Shown in pieces: positions 1 to 9,841 of a stretch of 64,000 bases of DNA; within the stretch, counting starts at the first letter, position 1, and every line of letters starts with the position of its first letter. The translations under genes and the position numbers were made by a program. This stretch comes from an uncultured Candidatus Saccharibacteria bacterium (GTDB taxonomy: Bacteria; Patescibacteriota; Saccharimonadia; Saccharimonadales; JAGQNJ01): assembly GCA_964602865.1 (NCBI GenBank), contig CAZRSX010000003.1, positions 65,288 to 129,287 of the forward strand, read 5' to 3'. The notes beneath the pieces were generated by a model, which ran no database searches, had not been told where the DNA came from, and worked only from the letters and a program-made list of their open reading frames with translations.

Positions 1-327
1 ACCGAGAACTGTTATTTTTTTGTCTTTGTAATTGCTCCTCAGCCAGTCAAAAGCCGCTACAACATCCGAAAAGTTATCCGCTCTGCTTAAGTCATCAAGA
101 ACAAACGGACTTTCGCCATGCCCAGCATAATCCAGCACGAGCGCAGAATAGCCTGTTTCTTTAACTAACGACCGAACCATATCTTCATATTTTTTCTTGG
201 TAGATGTAAATCCGGGCAGAACCAACAATACTTGATTTTTGTCCGTACCATACCAATCAGCGCACAATTCATAGCCTGTGTTTTGAATTTTCATTTCTTC
301 TTTCGTTACCTGAACAGCTTGGCTCAT
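1..327 (-). CDS. alpha/beta-fold hydrolase, N-terminal part (gene runs off the window start)
   Basis: Own minus-strand translation from ATG at 325-327: MSQAVQVTKEEMKIQNTGYELCADWYGTDKNQVLLVLPGFTSTKKKYEDMVRSLVKETGYSALVLDYAGHGESPF...KITVLG. It has the HG oxyanion motif and stops just before the expected GxSxG elbow. ATGA start/stop overlap with the next gene. Absent from the ORF track because it is truncated. Confidence 0.5.
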   Translation of the reverse strand, partial: MSQAVQVTKEEMKIQNTGYELCADWYGTDKNQVLLVLPGFTSTKKKYEDMVRSLVKETGYSALVLDYAGHGESPFVLDDLSRADNFSDVVAAFDWLRSNYKDKKITVLG

Positions 328-962
328 GTTAGCAACTCCTGTAGTTTTGGGTTTACTATTTTGTATATCAATTCATGACCAGCATCGTTTGGGTGCAGCC
401 CATCTGGCAGCAAATCTTCCCCAGCGTTAACATGCTTCTTGAACTCGTCAAACACCGGTACAAAATCTACGCCTTGTGCTGCTGCAACGTGAGCCATAGC
501 GTCTTCATAGGCCTTGATATTTTTATTCGTATAGTAATATTCGCCCCACGACACCGGTGTGGTTTGTCGCTCATCGCAAGCGGCAAAGCCAACAAAAATA
601 ATTTTAGAAGCAAACTGTTTTACTTTTGTGATTATTGCTTCAAGATTTGCCTTATATTTTTCAAGTGGCACTTGTGGTTCGTGTGGCTCCATCGCTCCAT
701 CATTGACACCAATTTGTAGAATTATTACCGGCTTAGCAGAATGATGTGGCCGAGTTCTTGCAGCTACCTCAGGCTCAATCCGCCTCAAGATATTTTCTGA
801 ATTATCGGCAGAGATTCCGAGATTGAAAACAGTTGGCTCATCGTTCCCGTCAAGATCTTCAAATTGTCGAGCGTCATAGAACATACGCATACGGTCAACC
901 CAGCCGTGCTCAACCGCCCAGTAACCCTGCGTAATACTATCGCCAAAAACCAAAGCTCTCAT
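324..962 (-). CDS. SGNH/GDSL-family hydrolase (lipase/esterase-like)
   Basis: 212-aa ORF. N-terminal FGDSITQG (block I Ser), GVNDG (block III), DGLHPNDAGH (block V Asp/His). Confidence 0.8.
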   Translation of the reverse strand: MRALVFGDSITQGYWAVEHGWVDRMRMFYDARQFEDLDGNDEPTVFNLGISADNSENILRRIEPEVAARTRPHHSAKPVIILQIGVNDGAMEPHEPQVPLEKYKANLEAIITKVKQFASKIIFVGFAACDERQTTPVSWGEYYYTNKNIKAYEDAMAHVAAAQGVDFVPVFDEFKKHVNAGEDLLPDGLHPNDAGHELIYKIVNPKLQELLT

Positions 963-972
963 GACAATCGCC

Positions 973-1635
973 TCATTTTGCTTGCTTCCTGTTGATAATT
1001 ACTTCTGTGACTTCCATACCTTTTGGCAGCTCAAGTGTTTGCTTCATATACTTTGCAATGTCTTCTGGATTCATCCAATTTTCTGGGTCTGCTATTTCTC
1101 TACCAGTGACTTTTTTAGCAATATCTGAATTAAACCCACCCACGCAGAAACTAATTACGCGACACGAGGTATCCTTCAGCTCAACCTGTAAGTTGGCACT
1201 GAAACCACGCATAGCCCACTTAGACGCGCCGTATACAGCCTGGTCAACATAGCCTTTTAACCCGACGGTAGAAGCAACATTTACAATATCTGTGCCGTCT
1301 TTTTTAATACGGTCGGCCAAGTTGGACACGAGTAATATTGCAGATTTCACGTTCGTAGACATAACTCGTTTAATTTCATCTTCCGTGATTTTTCCTAGGG
1401 GCTGGATAGACATTACCCCCGCGCAGTTCACAATTGCTTCAAGCGGCTCATCAATAGCAGCTACCTCATTAGCAGCTTTTTCAATTTCTGAGCCTACACG
1501 CAAGTCACGCAGTAGGTTTGTATCTGCATATTCACATTCACGCCGCGAGATGTTAACTACGGTTTTCCCCGCCTCTTTGTAAAGTTTCGCTAGTTGGCGT
1601 CCTAACCCATCACTTGCTCCAGTAATTACTATCAT
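973..1635 (-). CDS. short-chain dehydrogenase/reductase (SDR)
   Basis: 220 aa. TGASDGLG Rossmann motif at the N-terminus and the YGASK catalytic Tyr-x3-Lys motif. Confidence 0.85.
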   Translation of the reverse strand: MIVITGASDGLGRQLAKLYKEAGKTVVNISRRECEYADTNLLRDLRVGSEIEKAANEVAAIDEPLEAIVNCAGVMSIQPLGKITEDEIKRVMSTNVKSAILLVSNLADRIKKDGTDIVNVASTVGLKGYVDQAVYGASKWAMRGFSANLQVELKDTSCRVISFCVGGFNSDIAKKVTGREIADPENWMNPEDIAKYMKQTLELPKGMEVTEVIINRKQAK

Positions 1636-1955
1636 GAAAACTGCCTCATTCGTGCTGCTATAGCAAATTGCATTAAATAGTCATCCAGGCTGCTTTCGCT
1701 CGCGGTTGCATACTCATTGACAAATATTTCGCGCGCGCGCAAAACTTCACGAAGTTTAGAAGACTTTTTGATCGCTAACACCTCGGTAGTGGCGTCAAAC
1801 AGATCAAGGGCGCGCTCAAACGCCGCTTCCGATCGCTTTACATCCCGCATTTTTTTGGCAGTAAAGGTACGCCCAACCTCAGAGTAGATGTTGCCCATTT
1901 GGTCAAAAATACTCAGCTCTTGCCACTTTTCGCGATCAACACTGTAGCTACTCAT
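1632..1955 (-). CDS. hypothetical small helical protein
   Basis: Start placed at the internal ATG (MSSYSVDREKW...), which overlaps the upstream stop by 8 nt. The longer track ORF (to 2015) would run inside the upstream gene. The 3' end overlaps the SDR start by 4 nt. Confidence 0.45.
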   Translation of the reverse strand: MSSYSVDREKWQELSIFDQMGNIYSEVGRTFTAKKMRDVKRSEAAFERALDLFDATTEVLAIKKSSKLREVLRAREIFVNEYATASESSLDDYLMQFAIAARMRQFS

Positions 1956-2289
1956 GCACAACCTCACTGACAATCTGCTGTATTTGCGAGCGGATTTTTG
2001 GATCGTCCACGCCACGAGTCCGGTTATTCTGCCGTGGCTTCAGGTTAATCATTGAATCAAACTCCACAAATTCATCTGTACCAAATTTATCCGGATAGAG
2101 GTTTATCCCCCAGAGGTCTTCTTGTTTTGAACCATTTTCCAGCAGCTTCGCTTCGCCATCAGCGTGCATTTCCATATCCACAATGACGATTTTCTTAGCC
2201 ACATCAACGTCAGCCTTAACGAGGCTGCCATACATACGCTGTGCCATTTCTCGTAACTCTTTTACTGATATTTCGTTGACGATTTTCAT
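1948..2289 (-). CDS. DUF5674-like small protein
   Basis: 113 aa: MKIVNEISVKELREMAQRMYGSLVKADVDVAKKIVIVDMEMHADGE...LWGINLYP. From memory this resembles the DUF5674 family; unverified. Confidence 0.5.
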   Translation of the reverse strand: MKIVNEISVKELREMAQRMYGSLVKADVDVAKKIVIVDMEMHADGEAKLLENGSKQEDLWGINLYPDKFGTDEFVEFDSMINLKPRQNNRTRGVDDPKIRSQIQQIVSEVVHE

Positions 2290-2299
2290 GAAAACTGCC

Positions 2300-3001
2300 T
2301 CATTTCTTTGGCCTCTTATGATTATTGACTTTTCCGCCTCTTTTTGCTACACTTTTCTTATCCAATGGTTTCTTCAACCGTCGGGGAATCACATCCAAGG
2401 GCGCTCCTCCTAATCGAGGGGCGTTTTTATTTTTCTGTTCACGGTATTGCAATTCCTTGCCCCAGATATCGTCAGTAATATTGAGTATGTCTATATAACC
2501 ATGCCCGCCGGTACGCATCTCTGTTGAAACATTATTCCGAGATGAAAATATATACACCTTTTTACCTCTGTTTTTAATGTAATTAACAAGTGCGAGGAAA
2601 TCTGAATCACCTGTAAAAAAAACTGCTGTGTCATATTTTTTGATAAGATTTACGGCATCAATGGTCATTTCAACGTCCATATTGCCTTTTTCTTGAATGG
2701 CTTCACCTTCGTCTGTCAAGTTCTTAAGCCGCTTTAGCGGTTTTTTGCGAACAACAAACCCAAGACCTTTTTTCAAATATGTATAAAATTGGTGTTTTGG
2801 TGCCGTACTATAAGCTCGAGTACCCTCGGCCGGATAAGCGGTATAGTAATAGACCTTGATTTCACTCGCTTGGTATCGCTGCTTTAGATAATCCTTCAGC
2901 TTTGCAAGATCAAAAAATCTTCCTTTTGTTTTTTGAGCCTCCCACAGATTAGATGCATCAATAAATACATTGGTAGTTGGCTGTTGAGATTCTTTACCCA
3001 T
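2300..3001 (-). CDS. NYN-domain (LabA/DUF88-like) putative RNase
   Basis: 233 aa. NVFIDASNLW near the N-terminus and FFTGDSDFLALVNYIKNRGKKVYIFS match the acidic motifs of the NYN/LabA fold. Basic C-terminal tail. Confidence 0.7.
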   Translation of the reverse strand: MGKESQQPTTNVFIDASNLWEAQKTKGRFFDLAKLKDYLKQRYQASEIKVYYYTAYPAEGTRAYSTAPKHQFYTYLKKGLGFVVRKKPLKRLKNLTDEGEAIQEKGNMDVEMTIDAVNLIKKYDTAVFFTGDSDFLALVNYIKNRGKKVYIFSSRNNVSTEMRTGGHGYIDILNITDDIWGKELQYREQKNKNAPRLGGAPLDVIPRRLKKPLDKKSVAKRGGKVNNHKRPKK

Positions 3002-3150
3002 ACACTACCCCGAAGATAGATTTCTGATTATACTTTTGATAGAATGAACGGGCTATAGTGGCGACAGTGTGCCATGCGAAAGCTGGTAACCACGCGGCCA
3101 ACGACGATAGGTTACGGTTTGGGATTTTGTGCCTAGCACTTATACCTATC

Positions 3151-3196
3151 AAAAATTGCTCCCTAAAAGCCCTGGGCTTATGGGAGTTATTTTTTT
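3151..3196 (-). terminator. rho-independent terminator downstream of pheS (bidirectional shape)
   Basis: Stem CTCCC (3159-3163) / GGGAG (3182-3186) with inner AAGC/GCTT pairing. Flanked by A5 (3151-3155) and a T-run (3190-3196), so a U-tract follows the hairpin on either strand. Confidence 0.6.
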
Positions 3197-3202
3197 GCCT
3201 AC

Positions 3203-4231
3203 TCATGAGAATTGCCTCAAGAAGTCTAGTTTGCCGGATTCGAAGTGGCGAACATCTTCGATGTTTTGCTTCATCATCACCAGCCGATCAATGCCAACAC
3301 CCCACGCAAAACCAGTATATTCACTAGTGTCAATTCCGCCCATCTTGAGCACGTTCGGGTGAATCATACCGCAGCCCAAAAGCTCAATCCAGCCAGCTTG
3401 ACTGCACACGTGGCAGCCCTTCTTCTGGCAAAATGGACAGCTGATAGCAAACTCAAAGCTGGGTTCGGTGAACGGAAAGTAGAACGGTTGCGTGCGAATT
3501 TCCAGCTCTTGCTCGTAGTATTCTTCCAAAAAAGTCTTGAGCGTGGCAATTAAGTTGCCGGCATGTACGCCCTTGCCCACATAAACCCCTTCCAGCTGAT
3601 AGAACGTGTGCTCATGGCGCGCGTCCAAGTCTTCGTTGCGAAACACGCGCCCTGGAATAACGGTAGCAATCGGCTTGCCCTCTTTGAGCCGATCTTTACG
3701 GCTCTCCAGCACACGGTTTTGCATGGTGCTGGTGTGCGCTGGCGCGATGAGTCCATCGGTGGTCATAAAGGTGTCGTAATCATCGCGTGCCGGATGACCC
3801 TCTGGGAAGTTCAGCGTTTCAAACATATGGTAATCATCGTCAAGCTGGCGCGACTCAACCGCCTCAAATCCCATTCGTCCAAAAATATCCAAGATTCGCT
3901 CTAGCTCAGTCATAAGCGGGTGTTTGCTGCCATGATCGGCAGTGAGGAGCTGCGGTTTAGTTTTGGCGTTCACATCAAATGGCGCAGTGACATCAATCGC
4001 TTCAACACTGTCAACTGTCGACTGTTTACTGTCAACTAGCTTCTCAAGCTCCTGCTTGAGCTGGTTCACTTCCTTGCCAAAGCTGGCGCGATCTTCCGGC
4101 TTTAACAGCGGTATTTCTTCGTACAGCGCCTTGAGCTCCACCGCCCTTAGAAGATTGACATCAGGTTTTGCCTTGTGCCGCTTCTGGAGCAACGCTGCCA
4201 CATCTGCAATTTTCTTGTGCTTATAACTCAT
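3203..4231 (-). CDS. pheS: phenylalanine--tRNA ligase alpha subunit
   Basis: 342 aa. Class II aaRS motifs (FRNEDLDARHEHTFYQLEG, GFAWGVGIDRL) and a typical PheS N-terminal coiled coil. Confidence 0.9.
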   Translation of the reverse strand: MSYKHKKIADVAALLQKRHKAKPDVNLLRAVELKALYEEIPLLKPEDRASFGKEVNQLKQELEKLVDSKQSTVDSVEAIDVTAPFDVNAKTKPQLLTADHGSKHPLMTELERILDIFGRMGFEAVESRQLDDDYHMFETLNFPEGHPARDDYDTFMTTDGLIAPAHTSTMQNRVLESRKDRLKEGKPIATVIPGRVFRNEDLDARHEHTFYQLEGVYVGKGVHAGNLIATLKTFLEEYYEQELEIRTQPFYFPFTEPSFEFAISCPFCQKKGCHVCSQAGWIELLGCGMIHPNVLKMGGIDTSEYTGFAWGVGIDRLVMMKQNIEDVRHFESGKLDFLRQFS

Positions 4232-4292
4232 ACTTGCGAAGTATTATAGCAGTTTCAGGATGGCATTGTCACAGATAGGAGTTGTGGCAATG

Positions 4293-4874
4293 CTAGACGC
4301 CGAATTTGAACTGCTCAAGATCGACAATACCGCTGTCACGGATTTGCTTGAGGGCCTCGGCGTACGCGATGAGTATTTTAAGCGCGTAATCAGCACGTGC
4401 CCTGACGCCATCTTGTGTAATCTCGCCATTTACGAGCAAGTTATTGACATCACTAAAGCGCAAGTTTTCCGGCGTCACCACGTAGTGTGTGTTTTTCGGT
4501 CCGGTTGCCCGCAGCTGAGCCAGCGGATATATACCGCCCATACCGTCGCTCACACTGGCCAATGTCACAGGCTTGTGCGCCAGAGCATTACCTGCGTAGT
4601 GGAACATATTGTGCAGTCCTACGCTGAACATGCCGTCCCATTCCGGTGATACAAACACATAGCCGTCGGCGCTTTCCAGCGCAGCTTTTATAGGATTCCA
4701 AACCTCTTCCCAAGGGCCTGAGCTGCTATTATCAAAAATCGGCAGGCGGCTTTCGTTCAGATCAACCAGCTCGGTTTGGGCACCCAGTTCCACTAGTTTT
4801 TTATCAAGATACTCGGCCACTTTACGTGATTGGGAGTCTGGTCGTGTACTCCCGGAAATAACAATAATTTTCAT
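4293..4874 (-). CDS. NAD(P)H-dependent FMN reductase-family oxidoreductase
   Basis: MKIIVISGSTRPDSQSRKVAEYL is a flavodoxin-like N-terminus. Start set at the internal ATG at 4874, because the track start (4898) would overlap the divergent yajQ start. Confidence 0.7.
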   Translation of the reverse strand: MKIIVISGSTRPDSQSRKVAEYLDKKLVELGAQTELVDLNESRLPIFDNSSSGPWEEVWNPIKAALESADGYVFVSPEWDGMFSVGLHNMFHYAGNALAHKPVTLASVSDGMGGIYPLAQLRATGPKNTHYVVTPENLRFSDVNNLLVNGEITQDGVRARADYALKILIAYAEALKQIRDSGIVDLEQFKFGV

Positions 4875-4896
4875 ACGTCCATGATAGCATAGAATC

Positions 4897-5394
4897 ATGG
4901 CGCAATTTAGTTTTGATATTGTGAGCGACTACGACAAGGCCGAGATGAATAATGTCTTCGACCAAGTGCAGCGTGAGCTTGCGAATCGTTATGATTTTAA
5001 AGGCACGCCGGCAGCTGTTGAGTGGCTCAATGCTGAAAAGACTGGGTTAAAGGTTACTGGCAATAGTCAGTATCAGCTTGATGCAATTGTTGAAATTATT
5101 CGTAAAAAGCTAGCTGCCCGCGAGCAAAGCCAAAAAGTTATTGATACCAGTCGCGAACCGGTTGAAGCCAATCTCAAAACGACTTGGGAAGTGCCGTTCC
5201 TGTCTGGGCTTGACCAAGAAAAAGCCAAGAAAATTACCAAGTTACTCCGCGACAAACTCCCGAAACTCAAAACCCAAATTCAGGGCGAAGAAGTCCGCGT
5301 AACCAGCAGCGCCAAAGACGAGCTGCAGGCTGCCATGCAGCTGATACGCGCTCAGGATTTTGACTTCCCTATCAACTTTACCAACTATAGATAG
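4897..5394 (+). CDS. yajQ: YajQ-family nucleotide-binding protein (UPF0234)
   Basis: 165 aa. MAQFSFDIVSDYDKAEMNNVFDQVQRELANRYDFKGT is the characteristic YajQ N-terminus. Confidence 0.85.
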   Translation: MAQFSFDIVSDYDKAEMNNVFDQVQRELANRYDFKGTPAAVEWLNAEKTGLKVTGNSQYQLDAIVEIIRKKLAAREQSQKVIDTSREPVEANLKTTWEVPFLSGLDQEKAKKITKLLRDKLPKLKTQIQGEEVRVTSSAKDELQAAMQLIRAQDFDFPINFTNYR

Positions 5395-5606
5395 TTTTAG
5401 CCTGATCCTACACAGAGTAACTGGCTTATTTGCATTTTTATAATCATTTGTGATATATTTGTGCCACTATGTGTACAAATGCAACCAGCATTATTCCTGT
5501 ACATAGCCGGGCTGTTGGCCAAGGCACTCTTTTTGGTGGTCGCGCTCTCTAGCGCTTCCTATATATCTCCTACTATCTGAACTTTTTACATTATTTAGCA
5601 CAATTT

Positions 5607-6011
5607 ATGTGCAAGGAGATTTTAATTATGGAAAACTTAGAGAATTTTGAACCTATACCAATACGATACCGTGACAGGCTTCGGCTGAAGTTTGTCGATC
5701 GATATCCGAAAAAATATCAGCGAGTCGCTGTGGTAGCCACGGTAGTGGCTGCAAGTGCGCTCACGCCGATCGCCGTCCACCAAGAACTCACATACGAGCC
5801 AACCTACGAAGACCGTCTGAATGATGAATACCGTGAATTCAGGGACTGCCTCGCAACTGAGCCATCACTTGCGAACAGTCGCCGTGTAATCAGCCAAGAC
5901 CGTCTTCATCAAATTGATCTTCAATTTGCTTTCCCGGAATATCCGCTCGATGCCGAATTTCAGACAGTCGTCGATCAGTGCAGAGAGGAGCATCCTATGC
6001 CGCGAGAATAG
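5607..6011 (+). CDS. hypothetical protein
   Basis: 134-aa ORF. AAGGAG lies before the alternative start MENLENF at 5628. No recognisable motif. Confidence 0.4.
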   Translation: MCKEILIMENLENFEPIPIRYRDRLRLKFVDRYPKKYQRVAVVATVVAASALTPIAVHQELTYEPTYEDRLNDEYREFRDCLATEPSLANSRRVISQDRLHQIDLQFAFPEYPLDAEFQTVVDQCREEHPMPRE

Positions 6012-6142
6012 CCGTAAATTGGCCAGCCACAGCGTCGGTGGCCAGATGATTGAGCATCTGACCACCATGCTATAAGCTACAGCGATGGTTCATCGGCGTA
6101 TGTTCAAGACTTCGACTTCCCCGTCTCCTTCACCAACTTCCG

Positions 6143-7135
6143 CTAGGCAGCAGCGATTGCCCATTCGGCAGCCAAAAGATGGGGCTGTCGCGTTCGGAAA
6201 AACTCTTGAGCGCCACCGACACGCATCACATTTGGCATGGCGAGACGATCTGCGATTTCAGTGTCAGCATTCTCTCGATCAACGCCACCAGTTGAAAGAT
6301 ATGGAATATCGGGTCCATATTGCGCCCACAATCTGGCATGTTCTTTGGCAATTGGGGCCACAATCGGGCCGCTCATGCCGCCTTTCCCTCCAGTTAGTTC
6401 CGGAAATGGCTGTGTGGCAATGGTGTTGATGCCCACTACAAAATCAATGAAATCCTCCGTCGCATAGACAAACGACTGCACCGTTTCCCCGTCGGGGTAT
6501 ACATACGGTGAGTCAGTATGCGGACCGTCTTTCGCGCCAACACACACCTCGCTACCCACTCTTTTGCGGACAGCTTCCAACACTTCACCACACGCGTCTG
6601 GTTCACGATACAGCGGAGGATGAAATGATCCATCAGGAGCTTTGCCATTTGGACAGGCAAAGTTTACTTCAACCGCAGTCGGCTCAGACTCGGCTGCGAT
6701 TTCAACCAGTCCTGGAATGACATCAAGTGGTTTTTCGTGTGGTAAATTCGTCACCTGAATTATGGTTTTCACTCCTATTTTGTTCAGCTCAGCTATCGGC
6801 TTCTTCAGTCCAATGATTCCATCTTTGCCAGGGTTTTTAAGTCCGACGCAGTTACCGGCGGCATGCCTCGCCAAATCGTACGTAAACGTTTCGCCAGGAT
6901 TTCCGTCCCACTTTGGAAGCGTAAAACCACCAAGTGCTAGCAAAGGAACGGCTAGTGGATCTTCAATCTGTTGAAAAGGTTCCAGCTGAGCCGGTTCCTT
7001 CAATATCCCCGCCGAGATAAATAGCGGAACGCCTTCACCTGGGTGTAATGGGTGTTGCTCAAAATTTGGTATTAGGCCGAAAAAACTCATTCCTGCATCA
7101 AGCTTAAATCGTACCCCAGCATCTAGCAAGCACAA
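6143..7135 (-). CDS. dihydroorotate-dehydrogenase-like TIM-barrel flavoenzyme
   Basis: 330 aa. GLKNPG, NFACPNG and GGMSGP...STGGV segments resemble the DHOD/DHPD family. Alternative start at 7090 (MSFFGLIP). Confidence 0.5.
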   Translation of the reverse strand: MCLLDAGVRFKLDAGMSFFGLIPNFEQHPLHPGEGVPLFISAGILKEPAQLEPFQQIEDPLAVPLLALGGFTLPKWDGNPGETFTYDLARHAAGNCVGLKNPGKDGIIGLKKPIAELNKIGVKTIIQVTNLPHEKPLDVIPGLVEIAAESEPTAVEVNFACPNGKAPDGSFHPPLYREPDACGEVLEAVRKRVGSEVCVGAKDGPHTDSPYVYPDGETVQSFVYATEDFIDFVVGINTIATQPFPELTGGKGGMSGPIVAPIAKEHARLWAQYGPDIPYLSTGGVDRENADTEIADRLAMPNVMRVGGAQEFFRTRQPHLLAAEWAIAAA

Positions 7136-7171
7136 GCGAGTTACGTATGCTTCAGGTATACTAATTGGTAT

Positions 7172-8530
7172 ATGTCCAAAGACCCGAAAGACGAGCAGGA
7201 TCTAGAAAAACAAGCGCCGGATTTGCTGAGCGAAGCCAAAGACGTGTTGGCACATAACGACCGCGACGGCAAATACACTATTCCGGCCAGTGGTTTGTAT
7301 CCGCACCAGTGGTTGTGGGACAGCGCTTTTATTGCTATTGGGTTGGCGCATTACGATGTGGAGCGCGCACAAACGGAAATTTTGAGCATATTACGCGGCC
7401 AGTGGGCCAACGGCATGATTCCGCACATGATTTTTGCCGAGGGTATTACCCACCGCCAGGATCGTGAAATCTGGCGTAGCTACGTGTCGCCGTTTGCGCC
7501 GGACAATGTCGCCACCAGCGGCATTACCCAACCGCCCATGTTGGCCGAAGCTGTGGTGCGCATTGGTAAGAAATTGAGCAAAGCCGAGCGTCGCAGTTGG
7601 TATGGCCGTGTCTATCAGGCGCTCGTCAACCATCACACCTGGCTGTATGCCGAGCGCGACCCGCACCACGAAGGCCTGATGTTGCAAATTCACCCCTGGG
7701 AAACGGGGCTGGATAACACGCCGCCGTGGATGTTTGAGCTGCACGAACACCAGCTCAGTTGGTGGATTACAGCCGTCGAAAAGCTGCACCTGGACGGATT
7801 GTTTACGGTCTTTCGCAAAGACACGCAGCATATGTCCGCCGCCGAGCGGCTCAGCACCATCGACGCGCTGGGTCTCTACAGCGTGCAACGCCGGCTCCGG
7901 CGCAAACAATACGACATTCAGCGCATCCTGACGCATTCGCATTTTGCCATTGAAGACGTCGTTTTTAATTCCATTTTTATCCGCGCCAATCACCATTTAC
8001 GGCACATCGCCAAGACTATCGGCGAAGAGCTGCCCGAAGATCTACTGGATAACATGAAGAAAACCGAAAAAGCCCTGGAACAGCTGTGGGATGCCTACTC
8101 TGGCATGTACTACGCGCGCAATTTTGTTACCCACAAACTGATCAAGATCCCGACCATTGCCACGCTTTTGCCGCTGTATGCTGGCAGTATCAGCAAAGAA
8201 CGTGCCCAGCAGTTGATTTCGCTGCTCAAAACCAGCAAACAGTTCAGCCCCAAATATCCGGTGCCGAGCGTGCCGGTTACGTCAGAGTATTTTGGGGAGC
8301 ATCGTTACTGGCAGGGGCCGACGTGGGTGAATACTAACTGGTTGATTATCGACGGCCTCCGGCGCTACGGCGAAACCGAGCTGGCCGACACCATCACACA
8401 AAAGACCCTTGAGCTGGTGGAAAAACACGGCTGTTACGAATACTTTTCGCCCAAAGACGGCTCACCAGCTGGTGCCAAAAACTTCTCCTGGACCGCCGCC
8501 CTGATTATTGACCTCCTGCAATCCAAATAA
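7172..8530 (+). CDS. six-hairpin glycoside hydrolase (GH63-like / MGH1-like)
   Basis: 452 aa. HQWLWDSAFIAIG, HPWETGLDNTP and GPTWVNTNWLIIDGL are typical of the (alpha/alpha)6 glucosidase/trehalase-like fold. Confidence 0.65.
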   Translation: MSKDPKDEQDLEKQAPDLLSEAKDVLAHNDRDGKYTIPASGLYPHQWLWDSAFIAIGLAHYDVERAQTEILSILRGQWANGMIPHMIFAEGITHRQDREIWRSYVSPFAPDNVATSGITQPPMLAEAVVRIGKKLSKAERRSWYGRVYQALVNHHTWLYAERDPHHEGLMLQIHPWETGLDNTPPWMFELHEHQLSWWITAVEKLHLDGLFTVFRKDTQHMSAAERLSTIDALGLYSVQRRLRRKQYDIQRILTHSHFAIEDVVFNSIFIRANHHLRHIAKTIGEELPEDLLDNMKKTEKALEQLWDAYSGMYYARNFVTHKLIKIPTIATLLPLYAGSISKERAQQLISLLKTSKQFSPKYPVPSVPVTSEYFGEHRYWQGPTWVNTNWLIIDGLRRYGETELADTITQKTLELVEKHGCYEYFSPKDGSPAGAKNFSWTAALIIDLLQSK

Positions 8531-8546
8531 ACTCTCCCTGTTCTGC

Positions 8547-8602
8547 AAAAAAAACTTGTACCCTAAAATGTGACGGCCGTCAGATAATTGGGTACAAGTT
8601 TG
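8547..8602. terminator. bidirectional terminator between convergent genes
   Basis: 10-bp stem ACTTGTACCC (8554-8563) / GGGTACAAGT (8590-8599) enclosing the palindrome TGACGGCCGTCA. A8 run to the left, TTT to the right. Confidence 0.6.
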
Positions 8603-8650
8603 GCGCCTAGTAGCAGGCGCCGCCCCTAGCATTCCAAGAACATGGAAATA

Positions 8651-9820
8651 CTAAAAATCAGCAAAACGGTTACCTCGCCGCCACTGCTTGATGGCAGCTT
8701 TGTAGGGCAAGAAATTCCTGAATATCCACTTGTCGGCACGGCGGCGAACAAGCCAACCGCGGTAGCCGCTGATTTTATTTTTTTGTGTTTGCAAAACCGC
8801 CCACCGCTCGCCAATCGGAATAACGTAGATCGGGTGCCACGCTCGGTACGCAACTGGCGACGTACCTTTTTGGGCGCGCAGCAAATTGCGCACCACAAAT
8901 TTTGCATCATGCAGCGCTGTCTGCGCCATACCGCTAAATTTGGTACAGGCGTTATCGCCAAGTACATATATATTGTCGTGTCCTGCCGCCCGCAAATACT
9001 CATCAACTTTGACGCGGCCTTTTTCTAGCTCAAAGACCTTGGGATGGTCGGCGTAAAAATCAACCGCCCGGCTGCCCGCTGTCCAGACAATAATATCAGC
9101 GTCCAGATCACCGCTGTCCAGGCACACCGTATTTGGCTGGCACGAGTTTACTTTGGTACTCAGCCGCAGCTGCACGCCAAGTTTCTTCAGGCGTTTGTAG
9201 GCCTTGGCTGACAACACCGGGTCAAGATTCGGCAATACGCGATCAGCGCCCTCTATCAAAATCACCTCCGGGTGTTTGACGTGCGCGCGGTATTTGTGCG
9301 CCACCATGCGCGCGTAATTTTGTAGCTCGCCAGCCAGCTCCACGCCGGACGCGCCGCCGCCCACCACCGCAATCACCGGGTCTGTATCGCTTTTTTTGAA
9401 AAGTTCCGTTAGCTTGTTGCGAAGGGCAATGGTCTGGGGCACCGTGCTCATGGCAAAAGCATGCTGCTGCATGCCATCAATACCAAAGTAATTTATAGTA
9501 TTGCCCATCGCTAATATCAGTACATCATAGGGATACGTCGTGCCCGTTTCGCTTATGATAACCGTACGCTTGGCGTCAATTCGTTCGATAGTATCGAGCA
9601 CAAACGTCACGTTTCGGGAGTGCTGCAACATATCGCGAATCGGTATGACCACTTCCATCGGCGAGCGGCCAGTCGCCGAACGGTACAATGCGCCGTGATA
9701 TTCAAAGTTATTGCCGCTGCTAATCAGCGTGACGTCAAAACCTTTTTTGTTGACTAGCTCCAGCGCCGCTTTACAACCCGCAAAGCCGCCACCAACGATA
9801 ATTACTTTTTGTGTTTTCAT
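8651..9820 (-). CDS. ndh: type II NADH:quinone oxidoreductase (NDH-2)
   Basis: 389 aa. KVIIVGGGFAGCKAA and VVGGGASGVELAGEL are two dinucleotide-binding motifs arranged as in NDH-2. Confidence 0.8.
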   Translation of the reverse strand: MKTQKVIIVGGGFAGCKAALELVNKKGFDVTLISSGNNFEYHGALYRSATGRSPMEVVIPIRDMLQHSRNVTFVLDTIERIDAKRTVIISETGTTYPYDVLILAMGNTINYFGIDGMQQHAFAMSTVPQTIALRNKLTELFKKSDTDPVIAVVGGGASGVELAGELQNYARMVAHKYRAHVKHPEVILIEGADRVLPNLDPVLSAKAYKRLKKLGVQLRLSTKVNSCQPNTVCLDSGDLDADIIVWTAGSRAVDFYADHPKVFELEKGRVKVDEYLRAAGHDNIYVLGDNACTKFSGMAQTALHDAKFVVRNLLRAQKGTSPVAYRAWHPIYVIPIGERWAVLQTQKNKISGYRGWLVRRRADKWIFRNFLPYKAAIKQWRRGNRFADF

Positions 9821-9841
9821 GCTTGTGTTTAGTATACCAAA

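Noticed and set aside
5395-5606. Possible small ORF (27 codons from ATG at ~5469) or ncRNA in the yajQ downstream spacer
   Set aside because: It has only short hairpins (GCGCT-CTCT-AGCGC, GCACA-ATTTA-TGTGC), no RBS for the mini-ORF, and nothing distinctive enough to report.
7391-7996. 201-aa minus-strand ORF inside the glycosidase gene
   Set aside because: It is antisense to a motif-rich 452-aa gene. Its Arg/Gly/Pro-rich composition is typical of shadow ORFs in GC-rich coding DNA.
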